Positions 10,930 through 23,750 of a stretch of DNA of 64,000 bases are shown one piece after another (position 1 is the stretch's first letter; the number at the start of each line of letters is the position of its first letter). This stretch comes from Octopus vulgaris. Taxonomy: Eukaryota. A program made the position numbers and the translations under genes. The notes beneath the pieces were generated by a model that saw only the letters and a list, made by a program, of their open reading frames with translations, made no database searches and was not told the origin of the DNA. Where the stretch lies: the NCBI GenBank assembly GCA_951406725.2, contig OX597828.1, positions 40,300,001 through 40,364,000 of the forward strand. The letters run 5' to 3'.

Positions 10930-13900
10930 GATGTATCCTGGAGACATATGTTGAAGTCAAAATAATGGAAAACTTTGGAAGTGATCCAAAATTTAATAAT
11001 TCAAACTGTATTGAGTTCAAACAGGCTCTTATTTCTGGTCATATTATTAAACTAAAAAAATTAATTAATAATCTGGGGGAGCTGATAATGAAATGGAAAC
11101 AAAAAAAGATATGGAATTAGCTCTAAAATCTGTTCACAGAGCAAGATTACAAAAGAGAACTAGAAAAGTCTTAAAACTTTTGGTAAATCACTATTCAGAA
11201 AGACTGAAGTGGGCAAAATACTTGATAAGCTGACAGGGAGAGAAAAGAGGAAAAAAGAAAAGGAAAAAAAGAAAGAAAAAAATGAGTCTTGAAGCATAAA
11301 AGATTCTATTGGAAACTAATTCAGGTTTGCAGTGGCACCATGAATAGAATTTGGTCAGTTTTATTTATTTGTTTATTCATTTTATTTCTTTGACATGGAA
11401 TTGTAAGAACAAAGATATTTATCATGCTAGATACCAGCATAACAATATAAGTGCAGCAACAGACCATTTCGGTTCCCATATGTCTTACTATCGTGATTTT
11501 CAACACTGAAGAATAAAATGGACCATGAAAATAAAAAGCAAACAGCGTCCGATTTTTCAGACTGTACCACAGCAAAGAATCCATTAGGAGTTGATAACAT
11601 TTCTGGTTTCCTGCAGGCTTTGAACTATTAATTCTGAACATTCTATGAATGACTGAGGGATTGAGCTCTTCCCCTGCGGAAGAAGGAAAGAAACCTGGCT
11701 ACAGTTTACCGAAATGTAGTGAGCAATTGATGCTACTACTATTGTGAAGCAGTTACAATATGTTTTGTCACAATATGTACACATATGTTGAAATAGATTA
11801 TCACATTCTTAAAAACATATCAGTGCAAGTGTCATAAAACAGCAGACAAAATGCATATATTTACAACTAATTAAATAGCTTTGCTGATAAACTAATCAGT
11901 TGGTTTTGTAGCTTTGAAACATTTGAAATTTCTAGCAAGGCAAAGTAATATAAAATAAAAATTGGTTCAGTCTTTAACAGAAGGGAAAGCTTTCGGTTGA
12001 ATTGTTCATTTCTGTAGTTTATTTTTTTTTTCACTCAGCAGGAATCAAACCAAAGTTGCACAAATAAAAATTAAATATTGAATACTTATCACTAACAATT
12101 TGCATTTTTATTTTCTAGAAAACCTAGCCATAACACATGAGCATTCGACTCATAATAAAAATTTATATTTGTCAGACATGCTACAAAAGTAGATGGTTAC
12201 TAAAATATGGTTCTAATATTTTGTGGTCCATTGTTGTAGTTTACTACAGTTTTAAAGAACCCAGAGAATATCTTGCAAACGGAAAATGCTCTAGCAGACA
12301 CCATATCGCAAATGTATTACCAGCTTTGAATCACAACAGTGGTTAACTAGCAAGAGGCAGGTGAATATTATTTTTTGTTTGGGGAACTCGCCATTTCTTA
12401 TGAACAAAAATGTAAGTACACTTTAATATTTGTGATGGAATGGTTGGAGAATGATAGCAAATAACAAGGAAAACAAAATAGATCCTCTAGAAGTAAACCA
12501 CAAATTTACACAAGAAGATATTGCATAGATAAGACGTTTTAGAGCCACAGCTACGAAAATTAAACAAAATAAAATTTTTAAAAATAAATAAGAGAAATAA
12601 TTATTACAGTTGGTCCAAACAGATTACTCAACAACGATATCCACTTAGAGTTAAGGATATCAATACTGTTTGAGATAATCCACTGTTGAATTTATGGAGT
12701 TTTAACATCGCAGTTTTAGAAAGAAATAATTGTGTGTGTGTTATGGGATGAATAAATTATAGATTCCTGAAGACAGCTGTGTTGTTTGGAATATTTTCCA
12801 TTAGGAATTGCTATTTATGTCCCTAACATAGAGTAGAGAAGTGTTTAGACAAACTATCTAAGCCTTAAATGACATTGATCTATCACATAAACAGAAAAGA
12901 TCCAATACAACCCACATTTGCTATGGCATCATGCCAGTGTAAAAATATGGTATATGGCACTCTACATGATTTGTTTTTTGTTGTTTTTTTTCAAGTCAAA
13001 GAAAATCACATAAGAGGGAGGAGGGAAATAAAAATAACTAAAATGATCATTAAAAAGAAATAAGATGGTATAAAGCAGCATTAAAAGGTAGGAAACTAAA
13101 AAATAAATAAATTTTTTTTTTTTTAGGTCGTCTTTTTAATCATTCAAACATATTTCAAAGTCACAGGTATCCCCTCCCTTCTTGGGAAGAAGTTTCAAAA
13201 ATAAAAGAAAATGTTACATCTCCAAGAAGGTGAATGTGAGTGAGAATTAGTGATGGAAACCACTTTTCGTTAATTTCTGTCTATGATGATGATATCAATG
13301 TAAGATAAGTTGGCAACAGGCTGACTATTTAATAATATTATAATTAAGAAGTGTGCAGTTAGGGCGGGGAGCTAAAAGATACACGTACTGGCAACACAAG
13401 ATAACAAGAAAGAAGTATTTCTTTGTTCCAACAAATTTCCTTACTACAAGCTTGAGATATGGACACACGACAAAGCATACACCATCTAGACTGATTTGGT
13501 TTATTGTAGTCAGTCTAGAAGCTGTAGTGCACCAACAAAGAAATAAACTGGCAATAAAAACAAAGGGAGAGCTATACATTATTTTACGTATAAAATAGTT
13601 TTTGAAACTGAAAGACTCTCATTTCCGAAGATCTTTGATATTTATAATGAACTTATCATTTTACTTTCGTTTTTATTTATTTCATTTTTTTGGAGGGGAT
13701 TTTCATGAAAAAAAAAAATGGTTTGTTCCTTTTTTTTATATATATATTTCACTTATTTTCATTTTTTTGTTTTTGTTTTTCATTAAGTGATTTTTTTTTT
13801 TTTTTCCCAATAATTTGAACCACCTGAATGTTGCATGATAATAGAAAGCGTGCAAGTAGAAGACAATGACAATTGTTAGTTGTCTCCCCCTTACATGTAA

Positions 13901-14124
13901 AGCCTCGAGAGTAGATCCAATCAGGTTGAAGACAACGGTAGTTGCTTCCCCTGAATAATCGTCGTTTACGATTTCTTTTATTATTATTATTATTATTATT
14001 AATTTTTTTTGGTTAGCGTTGGGTCTAATTGAGCTTTGAAACTAAAAATATCTTTATTTTTGTTTTAAGGTTAAAAGTAAAATGTTTCCAACAGTCTGGT
14101 ATATCTTGGAGAAGAATGCTTTTA
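10930..14124 (-). other. Probable MICAL 3'UTR and downstream region (true end unknown)
   Basis: Follows the stop codon; nearly free of SINEs; several minus-strand AATAAA (e.g. ~14053, ~13977, ~13672, ~12107, ~11361). Confidence 0.4.
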
Positions 14125-14242
14125 TCATGAAGTTGTTCCTAAGCGTGTTGGTCCTTTCGGAGGTCGTATGCAGCTGAGCGGAGACAGTTCGAAGCCCTTG
14201 GTGAGCATTATGCCTTCTAAATCTCGGTCTTCTTCTCGCTCT
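14125..14242 (-). CDS. Mical: MICAL terminal coding exon: EREEDRDLEGIMLTKGFELSPLSCIRPPKGPTRLGTTS*
   Basis: Acceptor tttttcag| in phase 2; resembles the MICAL3 end EREEDKDLEAAMLSKGF (recalled); tandem stops TGA TAA at 14127-14122. Confidence 0.92.
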
Positions 14243-16195
14243 CTGAAAAAGTCGAATGAAACATGAAATAAACAAAGAACCACAAAAGGCAATAAACATT
14301 GAAAACTCAGCAAACCTATGGTGAAAGTTTAGCTGTAACAGTGAGTTCAATATTGTAACCCCAAGATTCAATCTTTTAATATAGAACCACCATGGCACGC
14401 ACACAGAGGCTACAAATCTAAGAAAATAATATGTGTACTAGCCATGGTTACAGAAGCGTTTATTGTAAAGCTACATAGATTTGGTGAGTCCAAAAGAAAT
14501 TTGCTTCAATAATTAATTAAACTTAGAGACAGACAAAACTGAGCACTGATTGCCATTTAATTACATAGAAACTCGGCTAGCAAAGATGAGTAATACCTGT
14601 ATTTCAAAGGATCAGCCTTGGCACACTCTGTGTCACGCTGTGACACTCCCTGAGAACTACGTTAAGAGTACGCGTGTTTGTGGTGTGTTCAATTTTACGA
14701 GCAGGCCGTTCTGTTGATCGGACCAACTGGAACACTCGTCGTCGTAACCGACGGAGTGCTATTACCAAACAAAAGAACACTACATCTAGACATAATTAAA
14801 CACCTCGAGAAAATTTTATTCGACTCCCTAACGAATCTACCAACTCACAAAGAAATATTTTGAAGTCAAACTCGTTATTGCAAAGCGGTCCTGGATAAGG
14901 GAATTAACTCTGCCTTGCTAAGAATAAATAGCGTCCACGCTACTCTCCCTTGTCTCTTTCGTGATATGAACTTTTTATGTTTTTTTTTTCCAGTCGTTAC
15001 TGCGGCCACGCTGGGGCACCACCTTGAGAGGATCTAGTTGAACAAATTGACCCCCGATACGTCTTTTAAAGCCTACTATGTATTCTGTTTTATTTTTGCC
15101 GAACCGCTCAGTTAGAGAACGCAAGTCAACCAACACCGGTTGTCAAGCGGTGGTGTAGTATAAACACAGATACATACGATGGGCTTCTTTCAACCAAATT
15201 CACTTACAAGGCTTTGATTGACTCGGGGTTATAGTAGAATGTTCCATGCAGTGAGACTAAATCCGGATCTATGTATTGAGAAGAAAACCTTACGAATCAC
15301 ACCTTTTTTAATTTTTTTTTATTTTAATCCACCCCATGCACATCAGGGTGCATGGGGTAACTGATCAGAAGAACATAAGTCAAAATTATATTCTAATTAT
15401 AAACTGTTATAGCAAAAAAAAATTTTTTTCATTTTAAAAACTGGAAATATAACAAAAATATTTTACATAAAAAAATGCCTCTAAAAATCCGTTAATTTTA
15501 TATCTTAAATGTTGGATCATTGTTTTTATTTTATCACCATCAATTTAGAAAAACAAAACATTTCTTAAATGTTAGATTAATCTGAGAACATTGTGCAAAT
15601 ATATAAATTCAGAATCAACAGTAATTATAGTTGGTTAAGGTTAGAAAAGTAGAACAGTAGTTTATCAATGAGAACGATCATAAATGTTTAGTAAAAACTT
15701 TATACATGGTTATTCAACACACAAAACTTGAAGTAAAAAAATATTAGAAGAAAAGGAATGAACTGTCAGAAAGAAACAAAAGGAAGGAATCAAAACAAAG
15801 AAAATTTGAATCAATTTGTGACAAATGAAACAAGTAAAACCTAGGACTGAAAGAGCAGCAATGTTTTGTGTCCATTGACATATTTAAATCAAAAGAAATC
15901 ACGTCTTTTAAAGAATCTAGCTGCAGTTCCATAACACTGGAAATCATTAAAGTCACTTTGATTTAGAAAATCGTATGGGAATATATTTTGTGATAGAATT
16001 ATATATTTTCGCGGATGATTAATTTTTGGTTATAATAGGAGTAAAGTATAACACCTCAAAGACAATATGGAAATAGATAACAAGTGGTAGGCCTCTATAT
16101 TTTGTCACAGACTCGACAAATGAACTAGTGTATTGGCCAGTTGAATTAAGCTATTTGTTGCAATTTAATGGATTTACTCTCCTAAGATTTAGAGC

Positions 16196-16424
16196 TCAAC
16201 TCTTTAGCATTCAGTTTACTTTGTCAAATGCAATTCATATTTTTTTCACATTCCTTTAAATTAATCATGTATTATCTTACAGCTTCAAAATTTTGATGAT
16301 GTATTTGTTTATTTTGGAATGACATTATAGGATAGGTGAGAGGCTGGACCTGGTTCATTTGATAACCATCAAGCAAGTAGAATATTTGGACTGGATATTG
16401 CTGGTTTAAATACTAAAGAGTTAA
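16196..16424. mobile_element. piggyBac-like MITE, second family
   Basis: Termini aactctttagca / tactaaagagttaa; related copies at ~31690-31904 and ~34360-34578. Confidence 0.65.
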
Positions 16425-16748
16425 AGAATCGGTTGCCATTTTTAAGTACAAGTAAGAATTTTAATGAAATTTGTTAAGTTTGGCAGCTATATCAATATAC
16501 TGAGCAAGTATGCAATAATCCTATTACTAGCATTTCGTGTACTTAAATGTATTAGCAAAATAATAATTTTAAAAAAAAATCCAAGTGTACATGAATATAG
16601 AACCAACTATGTAGAAGATAATGTAACCAACTACAAAAAAATAAAAGTACTAGGTGTTAAAATAAGGTAACTGTTAGCAATTGAAGTAAATTGTATCACA
16701 GACATTTAATTAACCCAATAATTACTTGCAGTATTCACACTAATAAAA

Positions 16749-17150
16749 TCTCTCTCTCTCTATATATATATATATAAAGCTGAAGTTGTCTGTGTATGGC
16801 AGGTTTGGTAGCCTTCAACTAACACTATTTCCTCTGAGACCCTGGGCGCAAGTTGACCAAAATTGAGAGTATGATAGAAGGCTTGCTCTTCCTTCCATAG
16901 AAGAAAAGAATTCAAATCGGACCATGTTAACACCAAAAATTATTTACATAAAAAAGGTGCTTTTTTCTATGAAAATCCCTATTTTTTACGATTTTTTTAC
17001 TGCTGTGTCGCCATTTTTCAGTGTATTTCAACCAGAAAAATGTTCACTTAAAGAGAATAACAAGCTACATAATGCAAAATTTTTACTTTTCAAAAATTCC
17101 AATTGTAAAGGGTCAAAACAAACCTGAGCAACGTCGGGCGATACTGCTAA
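16749..17150 (+). mobile_element. Non-autonomous Helitron
   Basis: A|TC 5' end followed by (TA)n; subterminal GC hairpin and CTAA|T 3' end; sister copy at 59117-59519. Confidence 0.8.
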
Positions 17151-17374
17151 TCAAAGATAAACTGGAGTTATCAACACAATGAAGCAAATATTTATATCAG
17201 ATTAGCAAAATGTTCAACCAAACAATGAAATGACTAGAACTTTTAAAGGACAAGTTGGATGACAACTCACTGAGAGGACTCTTCAACCTATGGCTGTTCT
17301 TCCATTCTTTTTTTCTTCTTTTTAATCATCTTTATTGATATACATGATCTAATTAAGGTCTATCATGTCATTTA

Positions 17375-17745
17375 TCTTTTACTTGTTTCAGACATTGGAC
17401 TGTGGCCCATGCTAGAGCACTGTCTCGGAGGTTTTAGCCAAACGAATCAACACCATTACTTGTCCTTTTAAAGTCTGGTCCTTATTCTATTGGTCTCTTT
17501 TGCCAAAACCATTAAGTTATGGGGATGTAAACAAACTGACACTGGTTGCCTAGCAGTGTGGTTTGACACACACACACACAGGCATGAAGACTCAACCATA
17601 TATACATGATGGGCTTCCTCACAGTTTCTGTCAACTGAATTCACTCACAACCCATTGATCAACCTGGAAGACATTTGCCCAAGATGCCATGCAATGGGAC
17701 TGAACCTGAAGCCATGTGATTGCAAAGCAAGCTTCTTAACCACTG
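17375..17745 (-). mobile_element. SINE family A, diverged
   Basis: Tail cttttacttgtttcag and head ttgcccaag...gggactgaacc in reverse orientation. Confidence 0.8.
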
Positions 17746-18246
17746 GAATTTCTTTCAACAAACACAGAATATTACACCTTTTTGTGCATGACCCTAATTA
17801 TGGACTGGGTATAAGCTGAGTGATCTTCTTGGAAATATTCTGTTGAAATCTTTGAGGTAAGTACATTAATTACAATTCAGAAAATTTGATTTACAAATTG
17901 GAGAAAACTAAGAAAATCTATTGACTCACATTTCACATAGAAATGACACATTATATTTTTATTGCAAAATTTAAGGACTAAGTTTGTTCACAATTCACTC
18001 CTAATAATCCTTTGACTGATATTGATATGTTAACAATTAAGAAGACAAAATATATTAATAGAAAAACAATCTGATAAAGACACTAAAACAATAACAACAA
18101 TAATAATAGTAATACTAATCATTTACAAAATCTAATGAAGATAGATAATGCAACTTTATGGTCTGTTTATTTAAGTATTCAATTATTCTCCCAGGAGATG
18201 AACATTTGAATGAGAAAGAAAGTTGACTCATTTTCTAGTAAAATGT

Positions 18247-18313
18247 CTAAGATGCCATCAACAAGCAGCAGCAGAGGCAACAAGAGCAGCAATATGGAAA
18301 TAGTGGGGAAACT
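18247..18313 (-). CDS. Candidate alternative terminal exon of MICAL: (R)VSPLFPYCCSCCLCCCLLMAS*
   Basis: Branch-point-like CTTAAC (18389-18384), 99-nt AG-free pyrimidine-rich zone, acceptor cttgcag|, phase 2 matching the donor at 18465 (152-nt intron); AATAAA at 18171-18166. Confidence 0.55.
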
Positions 18314-18465
18314 CTGCAAGAAGGAGTAAAAGACAAGTATGGAAGAGCGGAGGGGAAGGAATGACAGAAAGACAAAGATAAGTGTTAAGTGAGTATATGT
18401 GTACGTATATATCGCTGTATTTTTGTGAATGGTTATTATAATGCCAGCATAGGAAGAGAGAATAC

Positions 18466-18580
18466 CTGAGTCGGTCCTCCTCAAGCATTGACACTAAGGC
18501 ATCACGTTCTTCGACAACTTCAAGCAGTTCAGCAAGAATTCGTTTCTCAGCTTCAACCTGATCTGAGGTTTTACTCTTCT
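18466..18580 (-). CDS. Mical: MICAL-family bMERB exon (115 nt, phase 1 to 2): EKSKTSDQVEAEKRILAELLEVVEERDALVSMLEEDRL(R)
   Basis: Acceptor tgattttcag|, donor cag|gtattc; matches the bMERB EKxILxExLEVVExRDxLVxxLEExRLR motif. Confidence 0.93.
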
Positions 18581-18708
18581 CTGAAAATCACGAAATAGGC
18601 AACATTCAAGCAAACAAACAAGCATGCTTTCAACAGCAGTGAAAATTCTTATAAAGCAAAATGCACAACAAAACAGTATTTTATATATATATATATATAT
18701 ATATTTTT

Positions 18709-18946
18709 ACCGGAGTAAACACATAAATGTGAAACAAGGTGGAAAAAAAGAGTACTCAAATACCAGCGGTAGAGTAATATGCTTTATTTAAAGCAGCAGA
18801 AAATTCAACAAAACCTGTTAATCTGAGTTTCCCGTTGCCGTTCATCGGACAGTTTTTGCTAGAATCTAGCAAAAACTGTCCGATGAACGGCAACGGGAAA
18901 CTCAGAGTAACAGGTTTTGTTGAATTTTCTGCTGCTTTAAATAAAG
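18709..18946. mobile_element. Penelope-like pseudo-LTR fragment with an inverted duplication (82-bp arms) and a minimal type I hammerhead motif
   Basis: Arms 18782-18863 and 18865-18946 with one mismatch; ctgt-CCGATGA-acg-gcaa-cgg-GAAA-ctc-a-gag-TA-acag followed by AATAAA; flanked by (TA)n on both sides. Confidence 0.65.
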
Positions 18947-19000
18947 TATATATATTTATATATATATATATATACACACACACAGATACATACATACATA

Positions 19001-19115
19001 AATAGGGCAGAAGTTACATAGGAGTTTAAAAGCATAATGAATTTGTTTCTAATTAAGTTTAATACAAAGGTTGAGTTATTCATTTTCTAAACTCCTGTGT
19101 AACATATGGCCTATT
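19001..19115. mobile_element. Small MITE-like imperfect inverted repeat
   Basis: aatagggcagaagttacataggagttta pairs with taaactcctgtgtaacatatggcctatt. Confidence 0.55.
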
Positions 19116-19172
19116 CTGCAGGTAAGTATGTATGTGTGTGTTTGTATTAGTGTATGTGTGTATCTGTGTGTA

Positions 19173-21338
19173 TAGCTGTCCCTTGGTTTACATGGTAGAT
19201 TGGTTCAGCAAATTTCTCTGCAAGTGGAAATCATGTAAATCGAGGGCAGGGAATCTATGCTTTTTTTAATGATATTGTTATAACAAGAAAACGAAACAGC
19301 AAAAACTTATTTATTGAAATGAGGATTAAAAGAAAATGTGATTATCATGTGGCAGTTTTCATACATGGCCTTTTGTATGAAAGGTTTATTATTTTATTGA
19401 CTGTCGTTTTCACTTAATATTAAAACTGTCATATCTTTTGTTGGTTGAAAAATCCTCATTATCAATTCTATTACCTGCTGCTTCTTCTTCCATAGTCAAT
19501 ATAGCCAACCATCTCCAAACATCTGTTATTGTAAATCATGCAATTTTTCTCTCTGTTTATTTCAGATTGGTGTAACGATATGCAGTAATTTATTTTCCTT
19601 AGAAATTTCAAACTGCACCCCAAATAGGAATCATTATATGAATCCTCATAAGGATCCATATAAAGATAATTAAATTGATCCTTATACAGGCTCATATGAT
19701 GGGTTTTTCAGATTCTTTGCCATTTGTTTTCCGTCTTTTACAATTTTTGCAGCAATCAGTGAGTTTGATTTATTAACATCATTCGCTTTTGTCATTTGGA
19801 ATTACATGAGCATGTCAACTAATTTTTCATCGTTAAATTCGTGATATACAAATCATTCAATACTTCCACATCCTACTAAAAGGATGATATTGTGTCCAAC
19901 TTTAGGTTATTCCTCTTCTTTCAGCTTCACTACTATTCAGAACTCCTCCAGGCAAAATGGTTTTGCAATATGCATTCAAGATAATTTTTCTTAATCCCAC
20001 AAATTGCAATTACCTTCCCACAGTGCAGAATATTAAACTTTTTCCCATCCACGTAGCACTGTAAGTTAGTTGTTTTCTATATCATCCAGTATTTTATATG
20101 CAAATTGTTGAACCAATTTACCTTAAATTCCAAATTATGCTCTCATCTAACAGTTGAACCAGGTTAGTCATATCAAGTGGTAAAAACAAAACTTAAACAT
20201 TAAAGAGTTTTACATTAGAGGAATGGGATTATTGATTAGTTATCCATTAGAAACAAACATGTTGAAGTCAATATTCTGGGGTTTTTTTAAAAATAAATTT
20301 CAGCTTCAGGAATTAAGTTCTGATAAAACCATTTTCAAATATTGTAATAGTTATCTATGATTTGCACACCAATGAACTGGCTGAATGTTTAGAATCTTCT
20401 TCAATTACTTTAGCAAACCATGGCAGAAATTCTCCAGCAGAATCCCCATGAGGTACATGTCCTCAGCCATACAAGCAGTTCAGGTATACCTTAACTACAA
20501 TGTAGGATAACATAACTAGCATAAGCAGAGTGGTACACATCAACAGAAATACATCCAAACCTGTATATCAGATGGTAAAACATTTTGAAAATTAAAATTT
20601 CCTTGAATGAACAAGAGGCAACGACTGCAAACAGTGAAACAAACTTTGGTTGATATTTATATGATATTGGTAGGCATGGCTGTGGTTAAGAAGCTCGCTT
20701 TGTAATCACATGATTTTGGGCTCAATCCCAGTGCAAGGCACCTTGGATGTGTTATTCTACCATAGCCCTGGGATAACCAATGCCTTGTGAGTGAATTTGG
20801 CTGATGGAAACTGTGGACGCTCATCATACATTGATATATATGTGTGTCTGTTTATGTTCACATAACTTAGCAGTTTGGCAATATGAAACTGATAGAATAA
20901 GTATCAGATTTCGAAAAAATAAATACTGGGGGTTCAAGGTAGTGCCCCAGTATGGCCACAGTCAAATGACAGGAAAAAGTCAAAAGTAAAAGATACCATT
21001 ATAAAACTTCAAATTATTTACAAAAACAAACATTAGATGAATGTTTTGGCCAAATTGTGTTTGCTTCTCTTGGATTCACTCAAGCAAAATATTTTACCAT
21101 TTGATTTACAAGTTTTGATATTTTTCTGTCGGACTTAAGCAACATGAAGACAAATTCAGAGTTCCTAATGGGAAAGAAAGAAAAAAAAGAACACTTTGCA
21201 AAGCATGGGGATGTACAGGGATCACAACAATAAAGTAATCGTGCATTTCAAATCAATAAACAATAATCAACCAAAGCCAAAAACCATGCTAACGTGAAAC
21301 CATATAAATGGAATACCATGTAAACCAAGGGACAAAGA
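19173..21338 (-). mobile_element. pogo/Tigger-family DNA transposon with a decayed DDE transposase
   Basis: Perfect 21-bp inverted repeat tgtcccttggtttacatggta (19177-19197 / 21314-21334); TA flanks; minus-strand remnants HGDSAGEFLPWFAKVIEE and VLFLPLDMTNLVQLLDESII resembling the FLPPNTTSxxQPxDQG motif. Confidence 0.85.
20672..20992 (+). mobile_element. SINE family A nested in the Tigger element
   Basis: Head aggcatggctgtggttaagaagc; tail cagtcaaatgacagga. Confidence 0.75.
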
Positions 21339-21744
21339 TATGTACGTTTGTATACACACAGAGAGATGGGGTTGGGTGGGGGGAAGGGGTGATAAAAATA
21401 AACAGCAAAACCATTCTCTTATTTTGTTCTTTTAAAAGAGAAATTGGTTTGATACAACAATAGGCAACTGGATTAGTTACTTCAATCTCTCGTGTTCTTC
21501 GGTCCGATTCAACTCACATAGTTGATAGGATTAGCAAGTACCAGTGGTATGTTGGAGTCAACTTTGATTAACCTTACCCCCTTTTTTTTAAAAAATGGAT
21601 CACAACAGTTTTGTCAATCCAAAATAACTGGAATCTTCAGCGAGGTAGGATTCCTACCCAAATAAAATACTTTTATATTGTGTTTAGAGCAATATACAAC
21701 AGTATTTGAGTTAAACATTCTTGGCAGTATCTTTTATATATATA

Positions 21745-21993
21745 TCATCATTGTTTAGCATCCGCTTTCCATGCTGGCATAGGTTGGACGGTTCAACTGG
21801 GGTCTGGGAAGCCAGAAGGCTGCACCAGGCCCAGTCTGATCTGGCAATGTTTCTACGGCTGGATGCCCTTCCTAATGCCAACCACTCCGTGAGTGTAGTG
21901 GGTGCTTTTACGTGCCAGACGAGGCTAGCAAACGGCCATGATCGGATGGTGCTTTTTATGTGTCACCGGCACGGGGGCCAGGCAAGGCTGGCA
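21745..21993 (-). mobile_element. Family C element
   Basis: Reverse complement of the 3' part of 10480-10918. Confidence 0.85.
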
Positions 21994-22003
21994 ATATATA
22001 TAT

Positions 22004-22051
<48 letters not shown>

Positions 22052-23024
22052 TGATACAGTTGAATAACGAGGTGCTATTGTTATATTGTCCCAGATCGTT
22101 ATTGACTGAGCAAACCTATGATCTAAGTAATTCCAGCCATGACCATCCCATTATTTTTTTGAGGAGTATAATTAGAACTACTCTATTTAATGTCTTTTTT
22201 TTTTTTAAGGTGGTAGGGTGAGATCTGAGGGGGATTTGGCTGTTATTTCTAGCAGGCTGAGTGACCATATCAGTAACAGATGACAGAGAGAGATGGTGGG
22301 TGATTGGAACGTAACTAGTTAGAAAGAAACAATGGAGAAAGGAGCAATAAAAGAAATAGTGAGAGTGGGAGGTGATGTGTATAGATGTAACATGTAACAA
22401 AGTTTATTTCACTGAATCATGGACAGCAACATTTCAGAGTATTTCCCTTTATAAGCAAAGGAAAGAAAATACCAAGACATACACGTTTCCAGAATTTGAG
22501 AACCAAGAAACTCGGTCTTGTTTCCTGAAGAACTTCTATGCTGTGACTTTCTCTTGATCTAGTTTCCGTATCAATTCTGGAACTCCAGCACAATAGAATT
22601 ATCTTTACATGTATTTTTAGTTTATAATTTTATATTTTTTTTAATTGGAATTTAATCAAATGCACTTTTCAGCTTGAATGCGTTTAAAATTTATATGCGT
22701 TATTTCTTTACGATCAATATAATCTAATGTCATTTAATTGATTATGACATTTTTTTTTAATTAGGTAAATAATGAAGCTATACATCATCATTTAACTCTG
22801 TTTTCTATGCTGGCATGGGTTGGAAGATATTTAACATTTTAATGAACATACTTTTACAACCACCTTCCCCACTAGCTGAATGTTCTTAAAATAAGACACA
22901 CCTAGAGAACTTCTCTTCCCATAATTCATTGCCATAACAACAAGAACAGCTTTGTAATCAACATATCTATGGGATGGAAAGGTCGGCCATTCTGTTGTAC
23001 AACAAACATTCCTTTTACCACTGG

Positions 23025-23750
23025 AGCCATGTATGGTTAGGGTATTCAGCTCAAGACCATATCATAAGTTCATGAGATCTGATACCTGGCAGCTTGCTGT
23101 GTCCTTGAGCATGACACTTTATTTCATGTTGCTCCAGTCCACTCAGCTGGCAAAAATGAGTTGTACCTGTAACTGAAAGGGTCAGCCTGAGAACTACATC
23201 AGGAGCACACATGTCTGTGGAATCCTCAGCCACTTGGATGTTGATCAGATCAACTGGAACCCCTCATCATCTTAACTGATGACACGTCAGTTGGGATGTC
23301 TTTGCTGTCGTTTACCACAGAGACAGATTAGACTAGTTGTATTTATCTGGATCTCTGTACTACAGAAGTTGTCTTTGTAGGGACAGAACAGTTTCTGTCT
23401 CATCTTGATATAGTTAAAAAAGTAAAATCTAAGGAGAAGATAATAACAATTGTTTATAATGAAGGCATGTGGCCTAGTGGTTAGGGGTGTTGGACTCACA
23501 ATTGTGAAGTCATGGTTTCAATTCTCAAACTGGGTGCATGTTGTGCTCTTGAGCAAAATGCTTCATTTCACATTGCTCCAGTTCACTCAGCTGTCAATGG
23601 GTAAACATGCAATGGAATAGCTTTCCAATCAGGAGGAATGTTGGCCTGCTGACCTAGCCAGCAGGATGGCATCATTTGAAAGCTAAAACAATGAAGTACA
23701 TTGTGACTAGTGATGTATAACATTCCTTAGTCTGCTCGATACCATGACAA
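23025..23750 (+). mobile_element. Two tRNA-derived SINEs of family D (~23025-23290 and ~23461-23750)
   Basis: tRNA-like heads (tggcctagtggttag) followed by gtgtccttgagca...tgctccagtccactcagctg; the two copies have different tails. Confidence 0.75.

Noticed and set aside
12360-12860. Possible decayed Penelope GIY-YIG tail with CTGAAGA
   Set aside because: Only a short weak resemblance (IREIIITVGPNRLLNND); no complete hammerhead could be assembled.
15331-15358. 11-bp hairpin accccatgcac/gtgcatggggt containing UGCAUG
   Set aside because: Too short and isolated to assign a function.
18258-18465. Read-through of the donor at 18465 giving a ~69-aa extension
   Set aside because: Possible by intron retention, but it translates a branch point and pyrimidine tract; the spliced Cys-string exon explains the sequence better.
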